Positions 51,001 through 63,000 of a DNA stretch of 64,000 nucleotides are shown piece by piece. The DNA is from Lingula anatina (Eukaryota > Animalia > Brachiopoda). The stretch covers positions 62,412,788 through 62,476,787 of the forward strand of contig CM120640.1 in assembly GCA_051362555.1 (NCBI GenBank), in the 5' to 3' direction. The position numbers and the translations under genes are program-made. Every line of letters starts with the position of its first letter. Position 1 is the first letter of the stretch. The notes beneath the pieces were generated by a model. The model ran no database searches, had not been told where the DNA came from, and worked only from the letters and a program-made list of their open reading frames with translations.

Positions 51001-54000
51001 ACCCACTCCCAAATATTTGGATCTGCCCATTTGGTACCTAAGATTCAAAATTCTATATACTGCAATATATTTTAAATAGATTTTTTTCATGTTTGTGTCT
51101 CATAAGTGAAGGGTTTGTTTTTATAATGAGCTTTTTTCTTTTCTTCTCTGCAGTATATGAAGAGCTTGACAATGGCTGCAAAATCATCCCAACCAGTTAT
51201 TTCTCTAGAAGACATCAATGCCATTTTTCAAAACCTACCTGAAATACTAAAAACACATCAGGATTTTGTGAACCAACTGAAACCTGTGGTTGAAACATGG
51301 ACACCAGACTCATGTGTTGGGGATATTTTTAAGGAGGCAGTAAGTTTGAGGTTTGATGGTTCATGGATTGTACTGACTTCTTGATCATTGTTTGGTCAAT
51401 TAGTCATTATGTTTCAGTTGGTGAATTCTAGTTTTACATTATAAATTTGTATGTAGAATTAAAGTCAAGATCACAGTATGTTTTTGAACCCTGTTCTTGG
51501 AAGTTAAGATACCAGGTGAAAGTTAAAATTCAAGTGACAAAGTTCTCATTACACCTGTTTCTATTACACAAGTTAGAATATAAGTGGTGATAAGAAGGCA
51601 TTCTGCATACTGGCCTGAGTTTCAATAATTAAGGACATAATTTCTGAATGCTCTTGTTTTTTAGGCCACTTATCTCCCCATCACTGGACATTATGTCCAG
51701 AACTACCAGAAAGCTGTCTCCACTCTGAATAGGTGCTGCCAGGAAAATGTGCAGTTTGGAGAACTGGCTAAGGTGAGGCATGAGAATATGCTTTTTTATG
51801 TACAGACACAGATGTGTCTGTACATATAGCCATCATCTGCGTCTGTCGTCGCCGTCGCCGTCGTCGCTGTCGTCGCCGTCGTCGTCGCCGTCGCCGTCGC
51901 CGTGCACTTTTACCGATAACACGATAAATGGAAAACTGTTTTTTCTTTTGGTATGAAACTTACAGAACTGATGAATATTCATAATACGCAGGTCAAGTTC
52001 GAAAATCAGCATGATCGGGTCACTTTTAGGGAATTTATGCTGTTTTTTCACTTTTTTCAGCATATATGCAGCACTGATAACACGATAAGTGGAAAACCAT
52101 TTTACCTTTTGACTTGAAACTTACAAAACTGATGAATATTCATAATACGCAGGTCAAGTTCGAAAATCAGCATGATCGGGTCACTTTTAGGGAATTTATG
52201 CTGTTTTTTCACTTTTTTCAGCATATATGCAGCACCGATAACACGATAAGTGAAAAACCATTTTACCTTTTGGCTTGAAAGTTACAGAACTGATGAATAT
52301 TCATAATACGCAGGTCAAGTTCGAAAATCAGCATGATCGGGTCATTTTTAGGGAATTTATGCTGGTTTTTCACTTTTTTCAGCATATATGCAACCCCGAT
52401 AACACGATAAGTGGAAAACCATCGTACCTTTTGGCTTGAAACTTACAAAACTGATTAATATTCATAATACACAGGTCAAGTTCGAAAATCAGCATGATTG
52501 GGTCATTTTTAGGGAATTTATGCTGTTTTTTCACTATTTTTCAGCATATATGCAGCACCGATAACACCATAAGTGGAAAACCAATTTACCTTTTGGCTTG
52601 AAACTTGTAGAACTGATAAATATTCATAATACGCAAGTCAAGTTCGAAAATCAGCATGATTCGATTATTGTTAGGGAATTTATGCTGTTTTTTCACTTTT
52701 TTCAGCATATATGCAGCACTGATAACACAATAAGTGGAAAACTGTTTTTTCATTTGGCTTGAAACTTACAGAACTAATGAATATTCATAATACGCAGGTC
52801 AAGTTTGAAAATCAGCAAGATCGGGCAATTTTTATGGAAGTTATCCTGTTTTTTTTTTCAATTTTTTCAGCACTTTTATAACACCGATAACATGATAAGT
52901 GTAAAAATGTTTTTCCTTTCCTTGGATTGAAATTTACAGAACTGGTGAATATTTATTATACGCAGGTCAAGTTTGAAAATTGGCATGATTGGACTATTTT
53001 TACAAAAGTAATGCTGTTTTTTTCCCTTTATTCAGCATACATGCAACACTGATAACGCATTTTAAGGAAAACCAATCAGCCTTTTGTCTTGCAACTCACA
53101 GGAGTGATCAATCTGACCAGTATACAGATCAAGTTTGAAAATAAGCTTGATCAGTTAAGTTTTGATGAAGTTATTAGCCTTTTTGTATATAAGTGGTTTT
53201 TCTTCAGATTTAATTCTTAAGCATGTTAACAGTCTCATAATGGTACTAATTGGATATGTTAAAGTGTTGTTTTAACATTTTCTGCTTCTTAACAATATTG
53301 TTAGTTGATTATATAAAAATGACGGTAAACCTATTATCCTGCATTGTGTAATAAAGTATCAAAAATGGAAAGGAACTCATCATTGCAGTTCGTCAGATTC
53401 AATCATTCACTATGTTCAGAATCTCCAAATGGAGCTAATTGGACATTATAAATTGTTCTATTGATATTTTTCCTATGTCAACAATTTTCCTAGTTGATCA
53501 TTTAAAAATGACAGTTAATTGATGATGGTTTTATGTAAAAAAGGTGTTGAAAATGGAAAGAAAATCATTTCAGTACAGTTATCTCTTGTTAACATTATGG
53601 CATTTTGAAAGTGTGACCCTAACTTCCATGTCCTTGGAGACCTTTCCATATCACATTTTCTGAATATCCATGATACTTTTATTTTTTTATAAAAAATTTG
53701 ATGGTCATTATGCTGTTAAGTATTATGTTATATTGCATGAAAGTTAAAGAAAACCCTATTTTGGACACTGCTGCCAGGATAGAGATTAAGGGAAAACCAT
53801 GTTACTTATGATAATCAACCTTACTGAAAAGAGTGAAGTGCAGCTTGTGTTGGAAAACCATCGTAATTGTTTTCTGTTTTGAAAGCAATGCAGTACAGTG
53901 CTATTTGGTGCAATAAATGTATATGGATAGTAGGCAGTTAATTCAGGGTTATAAAATAATTTGCTTAATTGATTTTCAAGTTATTTCAGGGTTATAAAAT

Positions 54001-57000
54001 TATTTGCTTAATTAATTTTCAAGTGGGTATTAAATGAGATTACATAAACACACATTGAGATTTCATTGTAAAGTCCCATCGGTTTAGCTTTCTTAACTGT
54101 GTCACATAATTAGGAATCGATGATTATTATGCAGGTAAATGTTATTTAATATGGAAAATAAGTTTACAAAAAAAATTTGTGTAACGCTTACATTAATGCT
54201 AAAGATGAATAACAGTGCCTTATTATTCTCAAACTCAATAGGGTTATTCATATCATGTTAGTAATTGTACAGCTAGATTAAAAGTTTGAATAGCAGCTTT
54301 ATTGGTATTTTTTGTTATGTTTTATTTTACATTTTCTTTTAATTTTTTTATGCTGTTTTTTCACTTTTTTCAACATATATGCAACATTAATAACACAATA
54401 TAAGAAAAACAGCTTAGCCAATTGTCATTATACTCACAGGAGTGGTCAATCTTACAAAAATGCAGGTTGAGTTCGAAAATCAGTGTTATCGGGCCATTAT
54501 TTTAGAAGTTGTACTGTTTTTTCAAATTTCCTCAGATTCAATTCTTAGGCATGTTAACAGTCTCATTATTGAACTAATAAGATACGTAAAAGTGTGTGTT
54601 TGATATTTCCTGCATCTTTACAACATTGTTAGTTGATTATGTAAAAATGATGGTAAACTTGTTATCATGTATTGTGTAATCAAGTGTCCAAAACGGAAAT
54701 AAACTCATATCATTGCAGTTTGTCAGATTCAATCATCCACATCTGCCATGATGACCATGATGGGAAAACCGTGTTCGTTATGATTGTCAAACTTTCAAAA
54801 AAGAAACACAGGACTAAAATGCAGCCCAAGTTGGAAAAGCAGTCTAATGGGCTTCTTTTTCTGGAAGTTATTCATTTTAGTGAAATATTCATTATCTTTT
54901 TGGCATATTCATTGTGGGACTCGGAGCTCCCATGGACATGAAGCCGGATGGTAATCAAATTTTCTACATGTTCATGCTATTTATAGTCAATAATCAAAAA
55001 TTGGTGATAATTATTCTATAATTGTACCACCAACGTTAGCGCTGGCGGTACACATGGTTTCGGTCCCGTCCGGATCGTTCCGCCGGCTCCGCCGGACGGC
55101 TACCGTTACCGCTTCTCCTCCTAGACGGTAAGGGCCCCCGTACCCATCTCATGGATTTAGGTCACCTATAATCTCAACTCGTTCCACGTAAAATTTGGGC
55201 TTTGTCGGTATTGGGGTCTGGGTGTGGCACTCATTACAATGCACCCTTGTCTAAAAATGGCAAAATTAAATGCTAATTATCTACCCTACGGAAGGAGTTA
55301 TGGGAAAAATTTCTATAGACGGCCTTCCAAAAGTCATATTTGTAGATTTCAAATATACCCTTGGATTTGACCTTTGACCTTTACTTCAAGGTCAAATGGG
55401 TCAAAATTTTCAAAAAAATGAAATTTTTTACGAAAAATTTTTTTTTTACCCTGTTATTCAGACACTACACAGACTTAACCAATAATATTATTGGAAAGTG
55501 TTACCCTTCAGGTCATCTTTCATCTCCATGAATTTGGGGTCAATCGGTGCATTTTCACGGGAGTAGCGGCCATAAGATACCGAAACTGAAAACTGTCTCT
55601 AATTCGGGAACCGTTAATGCTAGAGACCCATTCTTTTTTGCATTTTGTAGAGCATGTAAAGCCCAACACTGGAGGTGGTCTCCGTTTTTTTGTATTCCAT
55701 ACGGTTTTCGAGTTACGCTGTATCAAAAAGTACATATTGGTGTTAAAAGCAAAATGTGCAGTACGGTAATGGATAATAAATTTTGAACTCTGGAAAAATA
55801 AAACATAAGGCTTGGCAAAGCAGACAACTTGTGTTCAAAAATGACATTATTTCATCAAATTTGAACTTCTGAAACTTCAGAGCACCTCCTATTTCAAGAA
55901 TTTTGACCAAAATGACTTTTTCTTTATTTTAATTAATTTTTTCTGTACGAAATTTAAGGCACATTATGGTAACTCCAAAATTATAACATTTAGTCCCTTA
56001 TATCTCCAAAACTGGCAGAGATAGGTCCATAGTTACTATTGAAGTTGAATAGGAAGTCATATACTGGCAATCTTACTGTGACCTTGAAATTGACCTTTGA
56101 CCTACTTTCCACCATGAACTGAACTTTGCAAATTTTGCTTCCCTTTTATCTCCAAAACTGGCTGAGATAGGTCCATAGTTACTATTGAACTTGAATAGGA
56201 AGTCATATACTGGCAATCTAAATGTGACCTTAAAATTGACCTTTGACCTACTTTTCACCATGAATTGAACTTTGCAAATTTTGCTTCCCTTTTATCTCCA
56301 AAACTGGCTGAGATAGGTCCATAGTTAGTATTGAACTTGAATAGAAAGTCATATACTGGCAACCTAAATGTGACCTTGAAATTGACCTTTGACCTACTTT
56401 TCACCATGAATTGAACTTTGCAAATTTTGCTTTCCTTTTATCTCCAAAACTGGCTGAGATAGGTCCGTAGTTACTATTGAACTTGAATAGGAAGTCATAT
56501 ACTGGCAATCTAAGTGTGACCTTGAAATTGACCTTTGACCTACTTTTTATCATGAAGTGAACTCTGCTAATTTCTTTCTCTTTTAACTTCAAACTTGACA
56601 GAGATAGGTCCATAGTTACTCTTGAACTTGAATAGGAAGTCATATACTGGCAATTTACTGTGACCTTGAAATTGACCCTTGACCTATCTTACAAAGAACT
56701 TAAATTTGATTGTACCATATATATTTTTTGCAATAGTTTAAAAATTCTTGTTGATTGCATTTTTACAGCTTGTCAAGCACAAAACTGGTGGCTGTGTCCC
56801 TTATTTTGTGTATGTGGGGGTCTATACGAATGCGCTTGCTCCAGCTGGTGGTACAATATTCGGAGGCGGTATCGCCTCTCTGATCCTCTAGTTTATTATG
56901 TAATGTTACATCAAAATTGACAATAATCTTTTTGCACTGCTACTGCAAACATTATGAAAAGAAAACTGTGTTATTTATTATTATATTTAACTTAAGAATA

Positions 57001-60000
57001 TGATTTTTAGGATTGGCATGCAGTTCAAATTAGAAAGCCAGGTCAATTGGGTTATCATTTATTATTGAATTTAATGCAATTTTGTGTGAAATTTCATTTT
57101 TCTCATTCTGGCACTTTCTAAGTATAAACTTGAACTCTGATGGGCCTGAAGCCTTATGCTTTTACTCTCATCGGTGTTACCTGTTGTGCAAAATTAAAAT
57201 TTGATATTGACTGTGCAGTTAAACATAATGTATTATTGCATCAGAAGTGGTAGTCTCCTATTTTGTGCATTATTGTTTTGTGCTCTTCTTAAGTTGTGAC
57301 TTATGGGCCTGAAAGACCTTTGAGAGGGTCAGTCTATAAATTTCCCTTGGGTATCACTTCGCTAATTTCAGTTATAAAGTAATTTGCCTAATTGATAGGC
57401 TACATAAAGCACACTTGTGATTTGAGATTACATAAAGCACACTTGTTGATATTTCCCTGTAAACTCCCATAGGTTAAGCTCTCTGCTAGATTAATAATAA
57501 GGAAGCAGTGATAATTATGCAGGTAAATTTTGTTTAATATTGCAAATAAGTATATATATATATATATATCAAACTGAAAGATTAAAAGTTTGAATAGCAG
57601 CTTCATTGGAATTATATTTACCTCTGCCAAGGAGGTTATATTTTCACCCCTGTTTGTCATCAACATAACTCAAAAAGTTATGGACCGATTTTGCTGAAAT
57701 TTTCAGGAACTGTCAGAAGTGGGCCAAAGAGGACAAAAATCAATAATAATCAACAATTGCTACCTTGGCAGAGGTCTGCACTCTCGGAGTGCTTTTCTAG
57801 TTTTGTTGTTTTCCTTTATAATTTTTTCTCAAACACTTGCATTTGTGACTTTAAACTCTCATCCGCCTGAGACTCTGACATTTCTGTTTTTCCACATAAG
57901 CAGTTGTATTGTTTTTTATGTCTTTAAACATTATGTTACTTATGTAATATTATTTTATGCACTGTCATCATTTTTCAAATATTGAGACTTACATCATGTG
58001 AATTTGAACTCTCATGGTCCTGAAACTGTAATCTTATTGAAAGGGTAGATTGAGACCATCTTCTGGGACTTCCGGAAGACAGTCAGGTTATTAAGTTTAT
58101 ATTGCCTGGTATCTATTTTTTCTTCTGTTGGAAGACCATCAAAATGGAGGATGGATCAAAATAGATACTTTGGAATACTGTCAGAAAATATCTCTGGGTC
58201 CGCTCATGTTATTGACCATTTTACCTGTTGTGCATGATTAAAATTCAGTGTTGACTGACAGTGCTATTATAAGCATTATTTATTATTGCATCAAAATTGA
58301 CAAAATGACCTATTTTGCATCTTTATTTTCTGTTTTTTGTCTGTACATTTGACAGCTTTGCTGCCTTGTTTATAGTTAACAAGAAGTTTGGAGATTAATT
58401 GATGAAAGGTACTTTTTTCTAGATACAAATTTTACAGTTTATTGCTTCCTTTTTGTATGAAGTAATCATTTTATGTAAACTATTTGCATTGATCAGGAAT
58501 ATGCAATCCTGTGTGATTAGACACTATTTTCAAATCTACTTTATCTGATACTATTTTTCCAGCTAATTAAAACTAAACAACAGAAAGAAAAAGTATCCCT
58601 TGGAGACTTGCTATTCAAACCAGTGAATAGACTCCAGAGAAACACACTGGTGCTACATGTATGTATATTTATATATATGCAGGCTACTCTGCATCCTAGC
58701 AGCATGCTGACATACTAATATCACTATTTATGAGGTAGAATGGTGACAATATAAACAAAGCCTTGACTGATGAAAATCAATTAAGTGTTTAAGTGATGTC
58801 TCCATGTCTGGATGCTTTGGTAGATAAATGGATTTATGGGTGTATTGTACATTATGATATGATTTTAGATAACATGTTTATCTCTTAACAAATAATGTAT
58901 ATTTCACAAAGTGTTAATAGAAACATTTGTAGTGTAAGAAGATATTTTATATCTGTGATTTTTTACCAGGACCTAATCCACTGTACGCCGCCTTCCCATT
59001 CTGATTTGATGATCCTACAGAAAGCTTTGAAGCTTACACAATATTTCTTGGAAAATGAGGACCCCATGGAGAATGAAAAAGATAAGATGGAGAACCAGAG
59101 ATTCCTGGTGAAAAATGGGCTTGTTGTGGAAAAAGTTCACAATGACAGAAAAATGAGACATCTAATGCTGTTTAATGATGTTCTTGTGTGTGCCAAACAG
59201 AAGCTCGGAGCCAGGTAAGTTAGTCATATATATAAGATCATGTTGTATTGTTCAGCAAAAAAGTAACCTCTGAATAGGAGACATTGTAACACCATAAGTA
59301 TTCCAATAGAACCTAGGTTCATTTAGTCAGTTGCCATGTTATTATTTGATATAAAGGTCAATATACAACGAGTCTAAATTCTTTTGAAATTAATGCATGG
59401 CAAATAAAATTATTTAGCACAAGTATTTGCATTTTTCTTTTGATAAAAGAATTGGAATGAACTGTAAAGAAAAGAGAACAAAATTTTAAAATGATAAATT
59501 TCCAAAGCTGATAGAAGGTCTTGTACATTTCAGGAGTCGTTATCACTTTGAGCCAAAGTGGTTTATCCCTCTATCTGAGCTCAAACTAGCAATGAAGATG
59601 GATGAAGGTAAGATAAATTAGTACTGCTTAATAAAAATCATGGGAGGGTTAACTGTTTAAAAGTATTCTGTGCTAAAGATACAAACAAGAATTTAATAAC
59701 AGATAAGAAATATTTCTATATTCAAATAAAATAACCATTTAGAAAGTGTTTTGTTTTTTAGCCAAGAAATTGTTTAATTAATTTCTTAATTTTGTTTAAT
59801 TACATTTTAGCTGAAAAGCAATCACATGACAACAAATCTGTGGAAATGATGAAAGACAAAGTCAAAGGCCTGAAGAAAGATCTCAGGAAGGAAATTAAAA
59901 GGGGTTCTTTAGAGAAAGATGTGAGTTATGGTTTCCTTATTACTGGAATGTCCCTGTGTAAGGACTGTGGCCCATATGTGGCCCACATAATATGGATGTA

Positions 60001-63000
60001 ATAAAATAATAAAATCGTGGTACCAAAATTGAATTTAGCCTGACCTAAATATGTAGAAATATTGTCTTTCAGTCATCAGTAGAAGTGTGTGACCCATGAC
60101 TGATTAAAGCTTTGATTACTTTTATTTATTCAAATTGTATTATATATGTTTTGCCTTTGTTGTGTTAGTTAAAGATAATGCCTCAAGTGCTTTGTTCACC
60201 TTGGTGCCTGTAGACTTAATACTCAGTGTGACATGAAGTAAATGTAATTAAATTTGGAATAAGTGGATATGATATTTGTCAGGCAATAAAGAGGCAATCA
60301 AAAGGTGATAAGAGCAGCATGTAACTGCTGTAAAAATCTCCTAAGTCATCTGACTTATTTGCACAATACAAACCAGGTTGCAGTTTCCTTTGATATGCTG
60401 AATTGACTTTGTTTTTGTTCCTCTTCAATGGAAGAATAAGAATTCTTTATGGAAAAAAATTTCAGAGTTTAGTTAAATGTTAAGTCTTCCTGATAACTAA
60501 AATTGCTGAAACTTGGGGTCAGGCATAACTTGGTACACAACCAAAAAAAAAGGCCTACATAAATGAAACAAAGTGATTGTAATAAGGTAAAAGGAAAACT
60601 TCATGACATATAATTTCCCCTGTCTTTCTCAATATTCCATGAAAAAGAAATAAATGTACAGTGTCTACATTATGAAAAAATATTTAGGGATAGAAATTAC
60701 CAAAGTGACATGAAAGCAAAACGTGTTGCAGAGGGGAAAATAATGGCTAAAGAATGTATGTTTAATAACATGAAAGCAAAAATGTGTCACAGAGGGGAAA
60801 ATAATGGCTAAAGAATGTATGTTTAATAACAATTGATTTGTTAATGACAATTGATTTGTTTTTTTCAGGCACAAAGAAGTTGGTCTTTCAGAGGAAATAT
60901 AAGACAAGTCGAGAAACTCAAGAAAAAGCTTGCCGAGCAGGTAAGAATTGTGGCAAAATAATTCAGAAGAGACTGCAGTGTTTTAAATTCACAAATATTT
61001 TCTATATATTTGTTGATTATATTTTTTGCCTTAAGATGAACCGTTACATAAATTTTAAACTATGTTCTCAGATTAAAAAGACTACTAAAGTAAAAGCACC
61101 TAAGTTCAGTCAGATTTTTGGCATTTTCCTAGGAAGCTGCCTTGGTCCTTGCGGCACCCACATTACCATTGTGTCTCCAGCACAAGAAAAAGACCTACAC
61201 ATTCCTAATGTCTTCTGATTATGAGAGGGATGAATGGAAGGAAGCCATTCTGTGCCATAAAGCCAAAGCAGGTAATGAGCCATTCTGGTTAATCTACCAG
61301 TATACCAGAGGTATTGCTCAGTAACTAGTAGTAAATGAGATTCATACCTTGTGTACAAATTACATTTTATCATCTTAAAATTTCAGATCCAGCTAGAAAT
61401 ATGCTATTCTGATAAAATGCCCTTGGAACATTGGCCTTTTAAGGGAAAAACTTTTTTCACAAAATAATTAACGGTTTGGTGAAAATCAATCTGTCGTTTC
61501 CCATTTTCTCCAGAAAAATTATCACCCATAGCATTGGACAAAAATTCATTAGGAATTTCTTAAAAATTACTTACTTAAAAATTTCTTTTAGTCTGCTGTC
61601 CCAAGGAACAGTAGCTAGAACTGTGAATTACTTACTTTTATGTATTTTAGGTATTGTGACATTAGACCTTAGTGAAAACAACATACAGGCTTTGTTAGAA
61701 TCAACAAGACAGGTAAGAAGTAGCAGTTAAGGTGTTACGTTTTATGATTTAATTAAAAACTCATGCCAACCTTTTTATGTCAAAATTTTCAGATGGTTTT
61801 TCCTGTAATAAGAAAAAATAGCTCTAATTAAAAATATTTTCTAGGTTTTGATAGTTTATTATCAATACCCATACAATCTCTAAGACCTTTTAGTTCCTCC
61901 AGGTGCATAGATTTCCTTATCAAATTAATGGCATTTAAAACTATTTCAGATTTGTAATGTCATTATTTTTCTTGCATTGCAGCTTCCCAAGTTGAATAAT
62001 GCAAGTCAGGCTATGTTGCAAGAAGGTATGTTTCTGTATCTTCAATTTTTTGTTTTTTATAGTTATGATTAACCTCAGTGAACATGAGAAACTTGTATAA
62101 AATAATCAAGTCCATATAAATAGTTTCATTTTGTTTGTTTTGAATTCTTTCTTCAGATATGGAAGATGAAGTCATAAGTGGAAGCCTGACAGTAACAATT
62201 CACAGGCTTCAGGGACTACATGGGCTAAGTGGTAGGTGTACAATGGTTCTTGTATTAAACTGGAATTCAACAAACAGTTATTGTATTAAAATGCAAATTT
62301 ATCACTGATGCTTGATTCCAGGCACAGGTATGATTTCATGCCTGCTTTGGCTCCTACTTGGAACAAAGCATTCTATTTTTTATGTCTTTACAAAAAATCT
62401 TGACTGGAGTTCATATTTAGGTTAAATATAAATTGTGTTGTATGAATGGTGCAATGCAATCCGTCATTCCATTTTGATTTATTTAAGTTTCATTTGAGAC
62501 AGGTTATATGATTTTGAAAATGCACATGTCAGTCCTGCTATTACTCTGTTAAAATAAAGTTAATTTTGCCATTTCAGACACATTCTGTTCAATGGAGGTC
62601 GATACTTTTGGCCACTTTTATCCCATCGCTAAAACTAACACTTGCAACAGCTCCATGGAGCCTGAGTGGAATCAGGTAAGTTTTTATTTTAAAATTGCTG
62701 TTCTAAACTATGTACACAAATTTTACAAACATGTCACATTTGTTGACTTTTGCCGAAATTCTGAACTGCATTTCTAGAAAGATATAAATTATTTATGATA
62801 ATTACTAAGATCGCATTCACAATGAGTTGAGCCAAGCTTTACAAATCCTGGGGACTAAATATGGCGATCGTACATTAAAGAAAAACCGCCTAATCTTTTA
62901 ACAGTCTCTCCGCCTCTAACACGCCTCCCCACATGTCGTCCCTGCGGGGGGACAGTCATTAAATCTCGGCTCCATTGGGACAACACATGGGGAGGCGTGT

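Larger units (their letters stand above)
51796..58369 (+). mobile_element. Large non-autonomous Helentron-type element (HINE/DINE-like), family A, with central tandem repeats and nested insertions
   Basis: 5' palindrome TATGTACAGACACA-GA-TGTGTCTGTACATA in a T-run, then (GTC/GCC)n microsatellite and ~161-bp tandem array; 3' subTIR TGTCTGTACAT (58338-58348), stem-loop GACAGC-TTT-GCTGCC, end CTTGT|T. Confidence 0.72.

Noticed and set aside
51833-52063. ORF ending in DGDGDDDG acidic repeats
   Set aside because: Translation of the HINE (GTC/GCC)n microsatellite; no splice or homology support.
56073-56643. Two near-identical minus-strand ORFs (KSRSKVNFKVT...)
   Set aside because: Chance reading frames through the 146-bp tandem repeat; the unit length is not a multiple of 3.
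53200-58300. Rep/helicase or captured host-gene coding sequence inside HINE A
   Set aside because: No long ORF or recognisable HUH/helicase motif; only degenerate non-coding repeats.
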